NCBI GenBank assembly: GCA_963707985.1
Contig: CAVPRW010000022.1
Span: 32,001-96,000 of the forward strand
Length of the DNA: 64,000 nt
Source: an uncultured Nitrospinota bacterium
GTDB taxonomy: Bacteria > Tectomicrobia > Entotheonellia > J063 > CAVPRW01
Reading direction: 5' to 3'
Shown: positions 1 to 11,582 of the stretch, piece after piece
Position numbering within the stretch: position 1 is the first letter of the stretch
How the letters are laid out: each line of letters begins with the position of its first letter
Position numbers and translations under genes: made by a program
Notes under the pieces: model-generated
Seen by the model: only the letters and a program-made list of their open reading frames with translations
Told to the model about the DNA's origin: nothing
Databases searched by the model: none

Positions 1-1
1 T

Positions 2-919
2 CCGGAGGCCTCCGGTAAGACCACGCTGGCGCTCCACCTCATTGCCGAGGTGCAATCGACCGGCGGCATTGCGGCCTTTATCGATGCCGAACACGCCCTT
101 GACCCGGTGTATGCCCAGAAGCTCGGGGTGAAGACCGATGAGCTCCTCATCTCGCAACCGGACACCGGTGAGCAGGCCTTGGAGATCGCCGAAACTCTCG
201 TGCGCAGCGGCGCCATCGATGTGATCGTGGTCGATTCCGTAGCTGCGCTTGTGCCCAAGGCGGAGATCGATGGCGAGATGGGCGATGCCCAGATGGGACT
301 ACAGGCACGCCTCATGTCGCAGGCTCTGCGAAAGCTGACGGGCATCATCAGCAAGTCCAGGACCGCCATGATTTTCATCAATCAACTGCGGCAAAAGATT
401 GGCATGTTCGTCGGCAATCCCGAAACTACCACCGGTGGTAACGCCCTCAAGTTTTATGCCTCTGTCCGCCTGGATGTCCGGCGCATCGGCCAAATCAAGG
501 AAGGTGACGAAACGACAGGCAGCCGCGTCCGCGTGAAAGTGGTGAAAAACAAGGTGGCCCCACCCTTCCGCCAGGCGGAGTTCGACATGATGTATGGCGA
601 AGGCATCTCGCGCGAAGGCGACCTCTTGGACCTTGCGAGCGACCGCGGTCTGGTGCATAAAAGTGGGGCCTGGTATGCCTACCAGGAGGACCGAATTGGC
701 CAGGGCCGCGAGAACGCGAAGAAATATCTCAAGGAGCATCCTGACATCGCTGCCGCCATTGAGCAGCAGCTCCGCCATACGCTGGGACTGGCGCGCGTGG
801 CCGCTGAGCCGCCGTCGGCAGATAGCTCGAATGGCGGGTCTTTGGATTCTGGAAGCCGACGACGTGTAAGCGCCTCCAGCGAACGCACGACAATCGGCGG
901 ATCAAGTGGGGTCCCCTAA
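2..919 (+). CDS. recA: Recombinase RecA, 5' end outside the window
   Basis: Frame 2 opens with Walker A remnant PEASGKTT and contains [37 protein letters not shown] and KNKVAPPF. Confidence 0.98.
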   Translation, partial: PEASGKTTLALHLIAEVQSTGGIAAFIDAEHALDPVYAQKLGVKTDELLISQPDTGEQALEIAETLVRSGAIDVIVVDSVAALVPKAEIDGEMGDAQMGLQARLMSQALRKLTGIISKSRTAMIFINQLRQKIGMFVGNPETTTGGNALKFYASVRLDVRRIGQIKEGDETTGSRVRVKVVKNKVAPPFRQAEFDMMYGEGISREGDLLDLASDRGLVHKSGAWYAYQEDRIGQGRENAKKYLKEHPDIAAAIEQQLRHTLGLARVAAEPPSADSSNGGSLDSGSRRRVSASSERTTIGGSSGVP

Positions 920-1163
920 AGCGATCCGCCGGTTGCTCGAGCCTCATTCCCTCAAGCTTACCCTCGGCCTGTCAGTCGACTATTCACCCCACAAGAACTG
1001 CTCAGGACATCCACTCATGCTAGATTGACCGACATCGCCAGTGATGCCAGTGCTCTTCCGTGAACCCACATTCGTCTGGAGACTGTTGGACACCTGGAAA
1101 TAAAAGGTCGGCTTGACACTGAGACCATCCTAACCTATGCTGTCGGCGAATTTGCATTACAGA

Positions 1164-1176
1164 ATTGTCTGACAAT
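1164..1176. promoter_or_regulatory. Palindrome ATTGTC-T-GACAAT, probable GntR/FadR-family operator
   Basis: Perfect inverted repeat in an AT-rich patch upstream of the GntR gene; fits the GT-N-AC type GntR consensus. Confidence 0.55.
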
Positions 1177-1300
1177 ATTTTTTCAGTCCGAGAAAGGTCG
1201 AGCGGCTTCGAGCCCGTTGTAAGCTCTCGTCGAGTGAGTCCTAACGGGGAAGTCTGCTGGATTAGGCGGAATGGCGCAGAGGAGGGCGAAGCGGAGAGGC

Positions 1301-1996
1301 ATGAAGTCACCAGTCCGCCTGCATATCCCAGGGCATGAGGCAGATCCTCCGGCTCATAGTCGGGTAGAAGCCGCTTACCAGCAGATCAAACATGACATCA
1401 TCGAGGGGATCTATACGCCCCGCCAGCGTTTGATCGAAACCGACATCGCACCACTCCTGGGGGTGAGCCGGGCGACGCTGCGGGGGGCATTGTTGCGGCT
1501 GCAACACGAGGGCTTCGTGGAGATTCAGCCGAACCGCGGCGCTCAGGTCCGCGCTTTCAGTGTTGAAGAGGCGACCCGTATCTTGCAGGTGCGTGAGGTA
1601 CTTGAGGGGCTGGCTGCCGGGCTTGCTGCCGAAAAGGCAACGGCCGCAGAGCTAGCCGAGCTCCACGACATCGTGGTGGAGATGGAGAACACGCTCGCCG
1701 CCGACGATCTCCTCGGCCATTTACCGCTGGTTGGGCGTTTCCACCAGCGCCTTGACGAGATGGCGGGAAACGAATTCATCGAGCAGTTCCTCAGTATGCT
1801 GCGGGCGCCGCTCATTCGGCATCAGTTTCGTGTCATTCTCGTCCCCGGACGTAAGGATGAGTCGTTGATCGAGCATCGTAAGATTTTGGCTTGTCTTACA
1901 AATCATGATGCGATGGGAGCTGAGCGCGCCATGCGACAGCATATTGCGGCGTTACGCAATAGCCTGCAGCTGGCGAACCAACATCCCCTGACCTAG
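1301..1996 (+). CDS. GntR-family (FCD) transcriptional regulator
   Basis: wHTH motif RLIETDIAPLLGVSRATLRGALLRL; FCD C-terminus EHRKIL...AMRQHI. Confidence 0.93.
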   Translation: MKSPVRLHIPGHEADPPAHSRVEAAYQQIKHDIIEGIYTPRQRLIETDIAPLLGVSRATLRGALLRLQHEGFVEIQPNRGAQVRAFSVEEATRILQVREVLEGLAAGLAAEKATAAELAELHDIVVEMENTLAADDLLGHLPLVGRFHQRLDEMAGNEFIEQFLSMLRAPLIRHQFRVILVPGRKDESLIEHRKILACLTNHDAMGAERAMRQHIAALRNSLQLANQHPLT

Positions 1997-2189
1997 GTGA
2001 GGAACGTCTCTCCCCCTCGGCCAGTAATGCGCAGCTCCTTCCGGACCCGGCCACCTCCGCAATAGGGAGAGGGATTGGGTGGCACTGAAATCGCGGCGCA
2101 TGGTGTGGAACAGGAGGTTCGTTTGCATCCGTACTCGCGGGGGATCTATCGGGTGCGTTCTACCTCCCCATGATCAGCAGGAGGTATGC

Positions 2190-3254
2190 ATGGATTTTGG
2201 ATTGTTCTACTACTGTCAGGGGAGGGGTGTGCCCCATGACCAGGCCTATCATGAGATGCTGGATCAAATCGTCCTAGCGGAAACGCTAGGATTCGGTGAG
2301 TGCTGGTTCGCGGAGCATCATTTTACAGATTATTCTCTGCTCCCCAGTCCCAATCTTATGATCGCCTCGGCGGTCCAACGCACTCGCTACATGCGCTTTG
2401 GCAACTACGTTAATGCCATGTCCTTTCACCATCCGCTGCGGCTCGCCGCTGAAGCCGCGATGCTGGATAATCTGGCGCGAGGACGCTTCGATTTCGGTAT
2501 TGGCAAGGGCGTGCGTCAGGGTGAGTTCACCAAGCTCGGCCTCAATTTCGACGATGGCGTGGACATGACCGAGGAGGCCGTCGAGATTGTGCTCAAGGTC
2601 TGGATGCACGAAACCTGCTCCCATGCTGGTCGGTTCTGGAACTTTCCTGAGCTGAGCCTGCGACCGCGGGTCTATCAGCGGCCCTACCCACCGCTGCACG
2701 AAGTGGCCAGTCGCCCAGCCTCAGTGGCGCGCGTTGGGGCTAAGGGCTGGCCGGTGGCCATGCATTTCACGCCGACTGACGTAGTGGCACAGGCGGTCCA
2801 GGATTATCACGCCGCACTCGCGAAGCGCAACCAGCCGCCGGGGGAAGGTCCGTATCGACCGCGTCTGCTGCTATGTCGCGAGACCTATGTCGCGGAAACA
2901 CCAGAACAAGCGCGGGTTGAGGGAGCCTTGGGATTGCAGGGTTTCTACCATCTGTCCTCACTCGCGGCCCCACCACCGCCAGTGAACTTTTCCGACGAGC
3001 GCCTCAAATCACTGACCCGTAGCTGGGGGGGACGGAGCTTCAATGAGATGGAGGCGCTGGGGGCCATGCTGATCGGATCACCAGAGCAAATCGCGGCGAA
3101 AGTCGAGCACCTGGAATCGATCGGTGTGGACAGCTTATTGCTGGTATGCAGTTTTGGTAATCTCTCCCACGAGCAGGTGTGTCGTTCACTGGAGCTGTTT
3201 GCCAACACCGCGATTCGTCCTCGACAACCGGTGGCGACTTCGGCCAGCGTCTGA
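2190..3254 (+). CDS. LLM-class (luciferase-like) flavin-dependent oxidoreductase
   Basis: WFAEHHF, HPLRLAAEAAMLDNLARGRFDFGIGKG and IGSPEQI motifs; GGAGG RBS before ATG 2190. Confidence 0.93.
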   Translation: MDFGLFYYCQGRGVPHDQAYHEMLDQIVLAETLGFGECWFAEHHFTDYSLLPSPNLMIASAVQRTRYMRFGNYVNAMSFHHPLRLAAEAAMLDNLARGRFDFGIGKGVRQGEFTKLGLNFDDGVDMTEEAVEIVLKVWMHETCSHAGRFWNFPELSLRPRVYQRPYPPLHEVASRPASVARVGAKGWPVAMHFTPTDVVAQAVQDYHAALAKRNQPPGEGPYRPRLLLCRETYVAETPEQARVEGALGLQGFYHLSSLAAPPPPVNFSDERLKSLTRSWGGRSFNEMEALGAMLIGSPEQIAAKVEHLESIGVDSLLLVCSFGNLSHEQVCRSLELFANTAIRPRQPVATSASV

Positions 3255-3362
3255 GTAACGTGTAGACTAGCCAGCGCTACCGATGCAGGCTTCTGACAGC
3301 GCCGGCAGAAGCGACTGGTGTGAGGGTGCCAGGGGTATAGCGGCCATCGGAGAATATCGTTC

Positions 3363-4133
3363 CCCTGCGGATTGCGGAAGAAGCGGCAACGCTGGACCAG
3401 ATTAGCGAGGGGCGTTTCGATTTCGGCATTGGGCGCAGTGGCTCACCGCGCGCCTACGACCTCTATGGCGTCAATTATGCGGAAAGCCAGGCACGTTTCC
3501 AGGAGGCACTTCTCATTATCCTCGAAGCCTGGAAGGGGGAACGCTTCAGCTTCCATGGCGAGTATTCTCAATTCGACAACGCCATCATTTCGCCACGACC
3601 GTATCAGCAACCCCACCCACCCATCCGTATGGCCGCCACGACGGAGGAGACCTTCCCCCGTGTGGGTGAGAAGGGATTACCCATCTTTGTCGGACTCCGC
3701 GGCATGGATATACCGGACCTGCGGGCAAACTTGCAGGCATATCGTAAGGCCTGGCATGAGGCGGGCCACCCTGGGATACGCCTCGACGACTGAGCAGGGG
3801 GCACGGGATGAGCCGTACGACAGCATTATGTACTACTTCTCGCGCCAGGCCGACCTGACACGATCCTCAGTCGGGCGTGCTGGCACCGGGCCGGCCGATC
3901 GGCGCCAGGAGCGGGCCGAGCGCATGTCGAGCTTAACTTATGACCAGATTCTACACACTAAAGTGGCGTTTGGCACGGCTGCGGGGCTGATCGATCGCCT
4001 GTCGCACTTACAGGAAGAACTTGGGTTGGATGGTGTGGTGTGTGAACTCGACTCGGGCGGCCAGATCCCCCCGGAGCGGGTTAAGCGTAGTCTGCAGATT
4101 CTCACCCACGAGGTGATGCCTGCATTTAAGTAA
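3363..4133 (+). pseudogene. Second LLM oxidoreductase, 5'-truncated, with an internal frameshift/deletion near 3775
   Basis: PLRIAEEAATLDQISEGRFDFGIGRSG...PRPYQQPHPP in one frame, C-terminus ...THEVMPAFK in another; no N-terminal EHHF segment or start codon. Confidence 0.8.
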
Positions 4134-4310
4134 ATGGGGTGCTTCGCGCTGCTACGAGAGCCATCGCAGCCGTCTGCAGGAACTGGCTTGCACGTGATGC
4201 GAAAGAACGGCTTGTCTCAGCCAGAAAGGTCTGATACGATCAGCCGCTCACGCGCAAATCTTGTGTCTCGATCACCGTCAAAATGTGACTCTGTCCAAGG
4301 AGGAATGCAC

Positions 4311-4646
4311 ATGGGGATTACACGTTTGTATACCGGTCCGGATGGTCAGACGCACATCGAAGAATTAGACCTCGCCTCCCATCCAGAGCTCACCCAGCTC
4401 ATGGCGACGAAGGGCGTCGTCTTTCGGAGCGCGGAGCCCGGCCGCTTTAGCGATTGGCATACGGCCCCACGCCGGCAGTTCGTTATAACGCTGGAGGGTG
4501 AAGTGGAAATCGGTCTCGCTGATGGCAGCGTGCACCGCTACGGGCCAGGGCATGTGAACCTGGCAGAAGACTTGACTGGGAAAGGACACACGACGCGTGT
4601 GGTCGGCAACAAGCCCCGCGTCACCGCCACGATCCACATCGACTGA
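4311..4646 (+). CDS. Small cupin-domain protein
   Basis: WHTAPRRQFVITLEGEVEI...EDLTGKGH cupin pattern; AGGAGG RBS. Confidence 0.85.
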   Translation: MGITRLYTGPDGQTHIEELDLASHPELTQLMATKGVVFRSAEPGRFSDWHTAPRRQFVITLEGEVEIGLADGSVHRYGPGHVNLAEDLTGKGHTTRVVGNKPRVTATIHID

Positions 4647-4846
4647 GCCAGGTGCTTTGGCGACCCTCGCACCCATGAGGGGACAGTCCATGCCTTATCT
4701 GCGAGCCTACAGGTCGGATCGCCTGCAGGCTCGCAGCTGATGTGACCTCTTCACCAGCGCTGCGCGCAGGGTCGAAAAGTGTACACCAAGAGTTGCTGCG
4801 CAAGTCCCGAAAGCCCCACTCAATGCTGATGGCTTCACAATGGACC

Positions 4847-6490
4847 TTAGCTTGCCGGTCCTTGAATTTGCAGTTCCTTGATGGCCGCTTCGCGTAAGCG
4901 AAACTTTTGCACCTTACCACTAGAGGTCATAGGGAATTCTTCCACAAATAATACATGGCGCGGGATCTTGAAGCTGGCAAGCTGGCCGCGACAGAATTCG
5001 ATGAGGTCCGCTGCGGTCACATCGACGCCAGGGTTCAGCACGACACAGGCCGCTCCAACCTCGCTCAGGCGTGCGTCGGGGACCCCGACGATCTTCACCT
5101 GGTTGACGGCTGGATGTTGCAGCAGGAAGGCCTCCACCTCCACGGGATCAACGTTCTCGCCGCCGACCTTGAGGATCTCCTTGTAGCGCCCCAAAAACCG
5201 CACCATACCATCATCATGCATGATTGCCATATCCCCGGTGTGCAGCCAGCCCTGGGGGTCGATGGTCTTGGCGGTTTCTTCGGGTTTCCGGTAATAGCCC
5301 TGCATCACCGCGTAACCGCGCGTGCACAGCTCCCCCATCGAGCCTGGTGGCAGGGCCTGTCCCGTTGCGGGATCGATGACCTTGAATTCGTACCCCGGAA
5401 GCGGCCAGCCCGACCCCCGACAGCGGTCATCTTCCGACGAGTCCAGGAATGAGAGCAGGGCGCCCACGCCCACCTCCGTCATGCCCCAGCCGGTCAGCGT
5501 CGGGCAGAGGAGCTGCTGGGCCCGGCGAGCCACGACCTCTGAGCTCGCCATGCCGGCGGCCAAAATCCCTGTGCGCAGCGAACGCAGATCCAGCGTGACA
5601 CAGGCATGCTGGTCCATCAGATCATGGAAATGGGTATCGAAACCGTGCAACATGGTGGCCTTCTCTTGCGCAATCAGGGACAGCGCCTCCACGGGATCGA
5701 AGAGCGTGGTCAGTACCATACGTGCACCGGTAACCATGATCATGAATGGCCCTTCGTACAGCCCGAAGGCATGGAAGAGTGGGAGGTACATCAAAATCAC
5801 GTCTCTCGGAGTCACACCCATACGATTGGCTTGGTCGATGATCGTGCGCAGGATGTTGTGGTTGTGCATCACCCCCTTGGGAAATCCCGTTGTGCCTGAG
5901 GTGTACATGATCAGGGCCGTCGCATTGGGGTCCACAGCACCTTGGCGCCCCGCAAGCGCGGCATCTGGGAGGCTTTGACCATGGGCCAGCAGGTCTGACC
6001 AGGCGTGGGTGCCGGATAGCCGTCGCTCTCCAAGGATGACGATGCGCTGCAGGCTAGGGAGTCGTGCTGCGCTCACGTGATCAGGAGCACTCTGACGGAG
6101 ATCGGGACAGATCTCGCACACCATGTCGCTATAGTGCACTGGACCGGCGCGATCGACGGTGATGAGAGTTGTGCTATCGGATTGGCCCACCACATATTCC
6201 AGCTCAGTGGTGCGGAACCGAGTATTGATGGGCACCAAGATGGCGCCGATCTTCATGACCGCAAACAGGGTTGAGAGCCACTCAGGACGATTGGGCATCC
6301 ACAGCGAGACTTTTTCACCGGGCTGAATGCCGAGAGCGAGCAAGCCTTTCGCGACGCAGTCGGTCTCAACCTTGAGGTCGGCAAAGGACCAGCGCTTACC
6401 CTCGTAATACAGCGCTTCACGAGGGCCGAATCGTTCAGCGGCCCGATCGACGAGCGCTCCCATGCTAACTTTTTCAAACCAATCCCCCAT
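4847..6490 (-). CDS. AMP-binding acyl-CoA synthetase
   Basis: YTSGTTGFPKG, GWGMTE, WLHTGD and SSGKVQK motifs. Confidence 0.95.
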   Translation of the reverse strand: MGDWFEKVSMGALVDRAAERFGPREALYYEGKRWSFADLKVETDCVAKGLLALGIQPGEKVSLWMPNRPEWLSTLFAVMKIGAILVPINTRFRTTELEYVVGQSDSTTLITVDRAGPVHYSDMVCEICPDLRQSAPDHVSAARLPSLQRIVILGERRLSGTHAWSDLLAHGQSLPDAALAGRQGAVDPNATALIMYTSGTTGFPKGVMHNHNILRTIIDQANRMGVTPRDVILMYLPLFHAFGLYEGPFMIMVTGARMVLTTLFDPVEALSLIAQEKATMLHGFDTHFHDLMDQHACVTLDLRSLRTGILAAGMASSEVVARRAQQLLCPTLTGWGMTEVGVGALLSFLDSSEDDRCRGSGWPLPGYEFKVIDPATGQALPPGSMGELCTRGYAVMQGYYRKPEETAKTIDPQGWLHTGDMAIMHDDGMVRFLGRYKEILKVGGENVDPVEVEAFLLQHPAVNQVKIVGVPDARLSEVGAACVVLNPGVDVTAADLIEFCRGQLASFKIPRHVLFVEEFPMTSSGKVQKFRLREAAIKELQIQGPAS

Positions 6491-6587
6491 GGTACCTCCC
6501 GAATCTCTAAAAGCTCCTGCCTGCGATCCGTTCTCTACAAGCAACAGAGAACGTTTGGGCGGGCGAATCACGCGGGAGCGTAGAGGC

Positions 6588-7658
6588 TCAGACGGGAATC
6601 GGTGAGGTGATGCCTTTGAGTGCCTGGGCGATGCTTTGCTCGAGGGGGGGACGGAGCAGGCCCACCTCAGTTATGATGGCGTGCACATAGGCATGCGGCG
6701 TCACGTCGAAGGCCGGATTGAGAACGGCGATCCCCGTCGGCGCGATCTGATGGTCGCCAATATGAGTGACCTCGTCAGGCTGGCGCTCTTCGATGGGAAT
6801 GTCATCGCCGGACGGTAAAGAGCTGTCAATGGTCGACAGCGGCGCTGCTACGTAAAAGGGAATGCCATGGGTGTGTGCCAACACTGCCACTCCATAAGTG
6901 CCGATCTTATTGGCCACGTCGCCGTTAGCCGCGATGCGATCCGCCCCCACAATGACCAGATCGATCATTCCGCGCCGCATCAAGGATGCGGCCATGTTGT
7001 CGGCAATAAGGGTCACTGGGATGCCGTCTTTTTGTAATTCCCAGGTTGTCAGTCGGGCCCCCTGTAGTACCGGCCGTGTCTCATCGGCAATGACCTGCAC
7101 ATGCTTGCCCTGCTCCACCGCCGCACGGATGACCCCCAAGGCTGTCCCATAGCCAGCCGTCGCCAGGGCACCCGCATTACAATGCGTGAGGATGCGGGAC
7201 TGATCGGGAATCAGGATCTGGCCATATAACCCCATCTGTCGGTTGTTGGCGATATCTTCAGCGCGGATGCTCAAGGCCTCCTGTTCCAGACGTGCTTTCA
7301 GGTCGACAAGGGAGAGCTGGTGGTAAGTCTGAGCGCAGGCTTTCATGCGCGCAATGGCCCAGAAGAGATTGACTGCGGTCGGACGTGTTGCCGCCATGAC
7401 TGCACAGATCTCGGTGAAGCGCTCCCAGAAATGGTCAAAGTCCGTGGCCTCGATGGCGCGGGCCCCAATCGCCAAGCCCAGCGCGGCCGTCACACCGATA
7501 GCAGGGGCCCCACGCACTGCTAGAGTCCGAATGGCCTCCGCCACCGTCAGGTAGTCACGACATTCGATGAAGACTTCCTCGCCAGGTAACCGCCGCTGAT
7601 CGATCAGTCGGACGGCTCCGTTGACGTATTCGACTGTGGCCACCATCCTCGTCCTCAC
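6588..7658 (-). CDS. mtnA: S-methyl-5-thioribose-1-phosphate isomerase
   Basis: [35 protein letters not shown] and NPAFDVTP motifs. Confidence 0.96.
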   Translation of the reverse strand: MRTRMVATVEYVNGAVRLIDQRRLPGEEVFIECRDYLTVAEAIRTLAVRGAPAIGVTAALGLAIGARAIEATDFDHFWERFTEICAVMAATRPTAVNLFWAIARMKACAQTYHQLSLVDLKARLEQEALSIRAEDIANNRQMGLYGQILIPDQSRILTHCNAGALATAGYGTALGVIRAAVEQGKHVQVIADETRPVLQGARLTTWELQKDGIPVTLIADNMAASLMRRGMIDLVIVGADRIAANGDVANKIGTYGVAVLAHTHGIPFYVAAPLSTIDSSLPSGDDIPIEERQPDEVTHIGDHQIAPTGIAVLNPAFDVTPHAYVHAIITEVGLLRPPLEQSIAQALKGITSPIPV

Positions 7659-7675
7659 ATCGTTTTTTTCGGCTG

Positions 7676-8206
7676 TTAGCCCCGATCTGTCCCGCTTACG
7701 TCGCTTCGAGGCTCAGAGGTTTCCAACAGGGGAGGAAGGCGATCCGGAGAGTCCTCGTCCTTTTCCTCAACCGTTTCTAGCACCCGAAGGTGCTCTGCCA
7801 CAATGTGACGGATATCGGACACGAGCTGGTGCCTTTGGCGTTTGAGCTCTACCACCTCCTGCTGGAGCCCTTGAAGTCGGCGTTCAGCATCAACCTGGAG
7901 CTGGTTGGCCTTCAGGGTCGATTCCAAGACGACTTGTTCGGCCTGCTTTTCGGCACGCCCGATCCAGTCCTCGCGAATTTGTTGAATGGCCATGAGGGCC
8001 TTCTTCAGCTCATCCTCGCCCTGTTGCATGCGTTCCAGCTCTTGATCCTTCCGTGCCAGGGCATCGCGAAGACGGGAATTGTCCCGGACCAAATCCTCCA
8101 TGTCACCAGCCACCAGCTCGAGAAATTTGTCGACTTCCCCCGGGTCCAAGCCCCGGAAACGGACCGGAAACTGCTGCTGTCGGATCTCCAGGGCCGTCAC
8201 CTTCAT
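7676..8206 (-). CDS. divIVA: DivIVA-domain coiled-coil protein
   Basis: F..RFRG.D..EVD.FL N-terminal motif followed by coiled coil; yggS-proC-yggT-divIVA synteny. Confidence 0.88.
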   Translation of the reverse strand: MKVTALEIRQQQFPVRFRGLDPGEVDKFLELVAGDMEDLVRDNSRLRDALARKDQELERMQQGEDELKKALMAIQQIREDWIGRAEKQAEQVVLESTLKANQLQVDAERRLQGLQQEVVELKRQRHQLVSDIRHIVAEHLRVLETVEEKDEDSPDRLPPLLETSEPRSDVSGTDRG

Positions 8207-8243
8207 GCCTACCACCTCCCTGCACACACCTGCATGGCACCGC

Positions 8244-8543
8244 TCATCGCATGTTGATGGCAATTTCCTGCAAGGACACGACAAGAAACCGGTCAAGAAA
8301 GAATATGGCCAAAATGGCGATCAGCGGTGAGAAGTCGATGCCAAAGCCGCCTCCGGGCATCTTGCGTCGAATGGGCTCCAACACCGGCTCGGTTGCCCGA
8401 TAGAGAAACTGCACGATGGGGTTATAAGGATCAGGCGAGACCCATGAAATGACCGCGCGCGCGATGATGATCCACATGTACAGCTGGAGCGCATAGTGAA
8501 GGACAAGCGCGATGGCTCCAAAGAAATTCCCGAATACGAACAT
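8244..8543 (-). CDS. yggT: YggT-family membrane protein
   Basis: ISWVSPDPYNPIVQFLYRATEPVLEPIRR...IDFSPLIA. Confidence 0.93.
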   Translation of the reverse strand: MFVFGNFFGAIALVLHYALQLYMWIIIARAVISWVSPDPYNPIVQFLYRATEPVLEPIRRKMPGGGFGIDFSPLIAILAIFFLDRFLVVSLQEIAINMR

Positions 8544-8661
8544 CCCGTCTTCCTCTGTTTGTTTTCTCGCGAAAAGCCTCATGCCCACAGGTGCTGGAGA
8601 CATCCTCCATCGATGCCAGGCGTATATAGATCACCTGTTCAAGTCCCTTCGCTGCAACCAG

Positions 8662-9483
8662 TCAGTGAGACTCCCGTCCGAGTTCGCGGGACCGTAGTGT
8701 GGCGCGTTCAACCGCCTGCATGATGGCACCGCGAAAGGCACGCTCTTCCAAGGCCTGCACTCCGGCAATGGTCGTGCCCGCCGGCGACGTCACGCGATCC
8801 TTCAATTCGCCAGGATGCAGGCCGGTTTCCAGCAGTAGCTTGGCCGAACCGTAGACGGTTTGCGCCGCCAGCGTCTGCGCTGCTTCGCGCGTCAGGCCCA
8901 TCTTGACTCCACCGTCGGCGAGAGCCTCGATGAGCACGAAGATATAGGCTGGTCCGCTGCCGCTCAGACCGGTCACCGCATCCATCAAATACTCAGCCAC
9001 CACGACTGTCCTGCCGAGGGCATCGAAGAGGACACGGGCAACCTCCAAGTCTGCTGGCGTGGCATGGCTTCCAGCGCACAGCCCGGCAGCCCCAGCCAGC
9101 ACCAGGGCCGGGGTGTTGGGCATGACACGTACCACCCGGACCGGCTCCCCGAAAGCGCTCTCAATCTTCGCTGTGGGCACTCCGGCGGCAATCGAGATCA
9201 CCACCTTCTGATTGTCCACGACTGGGGCTATCCCCTGGATGGTCTGGGTGATGTCCTGGGGTTTGACGGCTAGAATGATCAGGTCAGCTTGCGCCACAGC
9301 TTTGACGTTGTCGGTCGAGGCCTGCACCGTGTAGGTATCTCGCAGGTAGCCCAGCCGCGCCTCGATGATATCGGTGACGGTGATCTGCTGGGGCTTGATG
9401 AGCTGAGCTACGATGAGGCCTTTGAGAATGGCCTCGCCCATGTTACCCCCACCGATGATGACCAGCCGTTTGTCACTCAGCAT
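8662..9483 (-). CDS. proC: Pyrroline-5-carboxylate reductase
   Basis: GGGNMG, LAVKPQ, RVMPNTP, GSGPAY and VTSPAGTT motifs. Confidence 0.97.
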   Translation of the reverse strand: MLSDKRLVIIGGGNMGEAILKGLIVAQLIKPQQITVTDIIEARLGYLRDTYTVQASTDNVKAVAQADLIILAVKPQDITQTIQGIAPVVDNQKVVISIAAGVPTAKIESAFGEPVRVVRVMPNTPALVLAGAAGLCAGSHATPADLEVARVLFDALGRTVVVAEYLMDAVTGLSGSGPAYIFVLIEALADGGVKMGLTREAAQTLAAQTVYGSAKLLLETGLHPGELKDRVTSPAGTTIAGVQALEERAFRGAIMQAVERATLRSRELGRESH

Positions 9484-9503
9484 GGTAAGCGTCCTCAGCA
9501 CTC

Positions 9504-10196
9504 TTAGACTGGCCGTGCACCGAAGATGGCTGAGCCGACGCGGACCATTGTCGCGCCTTCTTCGATCGCGACTTCGAAATCATGGGACATCCCCATCGAT
9601 AGTTCTGACATGGACACCGTCGGGATGCACTCCCGTGCGATCTCTTCAGCCAGGGTCCGGAGGCCGGCAAAATAGGGTCGAGCATGCTCCGCGATCTCGA
9701 CGACCGGCGGCACGCACATGAGCCCACGGATCGCCACATGCGGCAATGCAGCAACCTGTTGCACTAGCGTCATGGCTTCGGCGGCAGGCACACCGGACTT
9801 CGTGGTTTCGTCGCCGATGTTCACCTGAATCAGTATTGGCATGACCATGTTATGCCTGGCGGCGCGTGTGTTGAGGTCTTGCGCCAGGGGCAGGCTATCG
9901 ACTGACTCAATCAGATCGAACAGATCGCAGACAACCCGCACCTTGTTGCGCTGCAGGTGGCCGATCAGATGCCACTGGACCTCACGCCCTAGGATTTCGA
10001 TTTTGGCCTGGGCTTCTTGCACACGATTCTCACCGAATACCCGCTGACCAGCATCGATGGCCTCACGGATGCGCTCCATCGGCATCGTTTTTGTCACCGC
10101 TACGAGCGTGACCCTCTCTGGATCACGGCCGACGCGGCTAGCGGCTTTGGCGATCCGCTCCTTTACGGCACTGAGGTTGTCTGCCACTGTCCCCAC
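9504..10196 (-). CDS. yggS: PLP homeostasis protein YggS (start approximate)
   Basis: [33 protein letters not shown] and VRVGSAIFG motifs. Confidence 0.96.
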   Translation of the reverse strand: MGTVADNLSAVKERIAKAASRVGRDPERVTLVAVTKTMPMERIREAIDAGQRVFGENRVQEAQAKIEILGREVQWHLIGHLQRNKVRVVCDLFDLIESVDSLPLAQDLNTRAARHNMVMPILIQVNIGDETTKSGVPAAEAMTLVQQVAALPHVAIRGLMCVPPVVEIAEHARPYFAGLRTLAEEIARECIPTVSMSELSMGMSHDFEVAIEEGATMVRVGSAIFGARPV

Positions 10197-10331
10197 GGCC
10201 ACCCCCCTGTCTGTCGGCTCGAACCCTGTTCCCAACCAATGCATCTCTCTTATATCATTCGTTCGCCAATACTAGCAAGCTTTTACCGCGCTTTTCGTGC
10301 CCACGATAACAATGACCCGTGGAGGGTTCGC

Positions 10332-11582
10332 TCACAAACTCCTCGTCCCCGTGCGCGGTAGATCGTGTAAGAGTTCCACGGGCTCTTCTTGTCGATGCTT
10401 GAGCACATCCCCAACTCGACGACAGCCGACTAGGAAAATCACACCTGCCGCCACGTTGATCACTGCGGGCAACAGCAACGCCGTTTGTAGATTATAGATG
10501 TCGGCTAGCTTGCCGACAATCGCCGGGGAAAATGTATCGCCCAGCAGATGAATAAGTAAGATGTACAACGCTTGTGCCGTGGCCTTCACATCATTTGGGA
10601 CGATGTCGTGAATGACCGCAATAATTGGCCCCGTATACCATACCATTAAAAAAATGCCCAGGAAAAAATAGATCAGCATCAGCACATGGTCGGTCGTATA
10701 CAGCGAGAGCGTGACGAACGGACAGGACAGAATGAGCCCAACGCCGATCGTCGCCATCCTCCCCCACGGCCAACGAGCATATAGCCAATCGGCCAGATAG
10801 CTGCCGGTGACGACTCCCAACAAGCCCCCGGTCACCCCTACCGCGCCGACGTATAGGCTGGCATCGCGCGGTCGAAACAGCCGGACATCTGTCACGAATT
10901 GTGGCATCCAGACGATCAGGGCCCCAGCGGAGAACGCGGTGATGACGCCTCCCAACAGAATATAGATGAACAGCGGATTGCTCAGGAGCGCGCTCACCGG
11001 CGTGCGCTGATGGATGACAACCTGCGGGGGTTCGCGTACATACCAGGCCAGCCCTCCCAACAGGAATCCCGGTAGACTGACGAGATAGAGACAGGCACGC
11101 CAGCCCAGGATTTCCCCGAGCACTCCCCCTAGAATCAGTCCTGTGGCGCCACCCAGAAACATACCTAAATTGAAAAACCCTAGGATACGCGAGCGTTCGA
11201 GAGCTGGGAATACGTCGCTCAGCAGCGAGTTGGCCGGAGGCCCGTAGGCGGCCTCACCGATGCCGACCGCCGCACGCCCCACCAGCAAATGGCTGAAGTC
11301 GGTGGCAAGCCCGCACAAGAAGGTGGCGGCGCTCCAGCTCCACACCCCAATGGCGATGATCTTACGGCGCAGCCAACGGTCGGAGAGCATGCCGATGGGG
11401 AGGGAGGTCAGCGAGTGAATCAGCATGAACGCCGTGATCAGCCCGCCAAATCGAGTGTATGTGAGCTGCAGATCATGACGGATAAATGGACCGAGGGAGA
11501 TGATAATCTGGCGATCGACGTAGTTAAGGAAATTGATCGCCGTGAGGATGAGCAATACATACCATGCATAGCGTTTTGTCAT
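10332..11582 (-). CDS. MFS transporter, spinster-like
   Basis: NFLNYVDRQ, GMLSDRWLRR and GIGEAAYGP motifs; multiple hydrophobic helices. Confidence 0.92.
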   Translation of the reverse strand: MTKRYAWYVLLILTAINFLNYVDRQIIISLGPFIRHDLQLTYTRFGGLITAFMLIHSLTSLPIGMLSDRWLRRKIIAIGVWSWSAATFLCGLATDFSHLLVGRAAVGIGEAAYGPPANSLLSDVFPALERSRILGFFNLGMFLGGATGLILGGVLGEILGWRACLYLVSLPGFLLGGLAWYVREPPQVVIHQRTPVSALLSNPLFIYILLGGVITAFSAGALIVWMPQFVTDVRLFRPRDASLYVGAVGVTGGLLGVVTGSYLADWLYARWPWGRMATIGVGLILSCPFVTLSLYTTDHVLMLIYFFLGIFLMVWYTGPIIAVIHDIVPNDVKATAQALYILLIHLLGDTFSPAIVGKLADIYNLQTALLLPAVINVAAGVIFLVGCRRVGDVLKHRQEEPVELLHDLPRTGTRSL

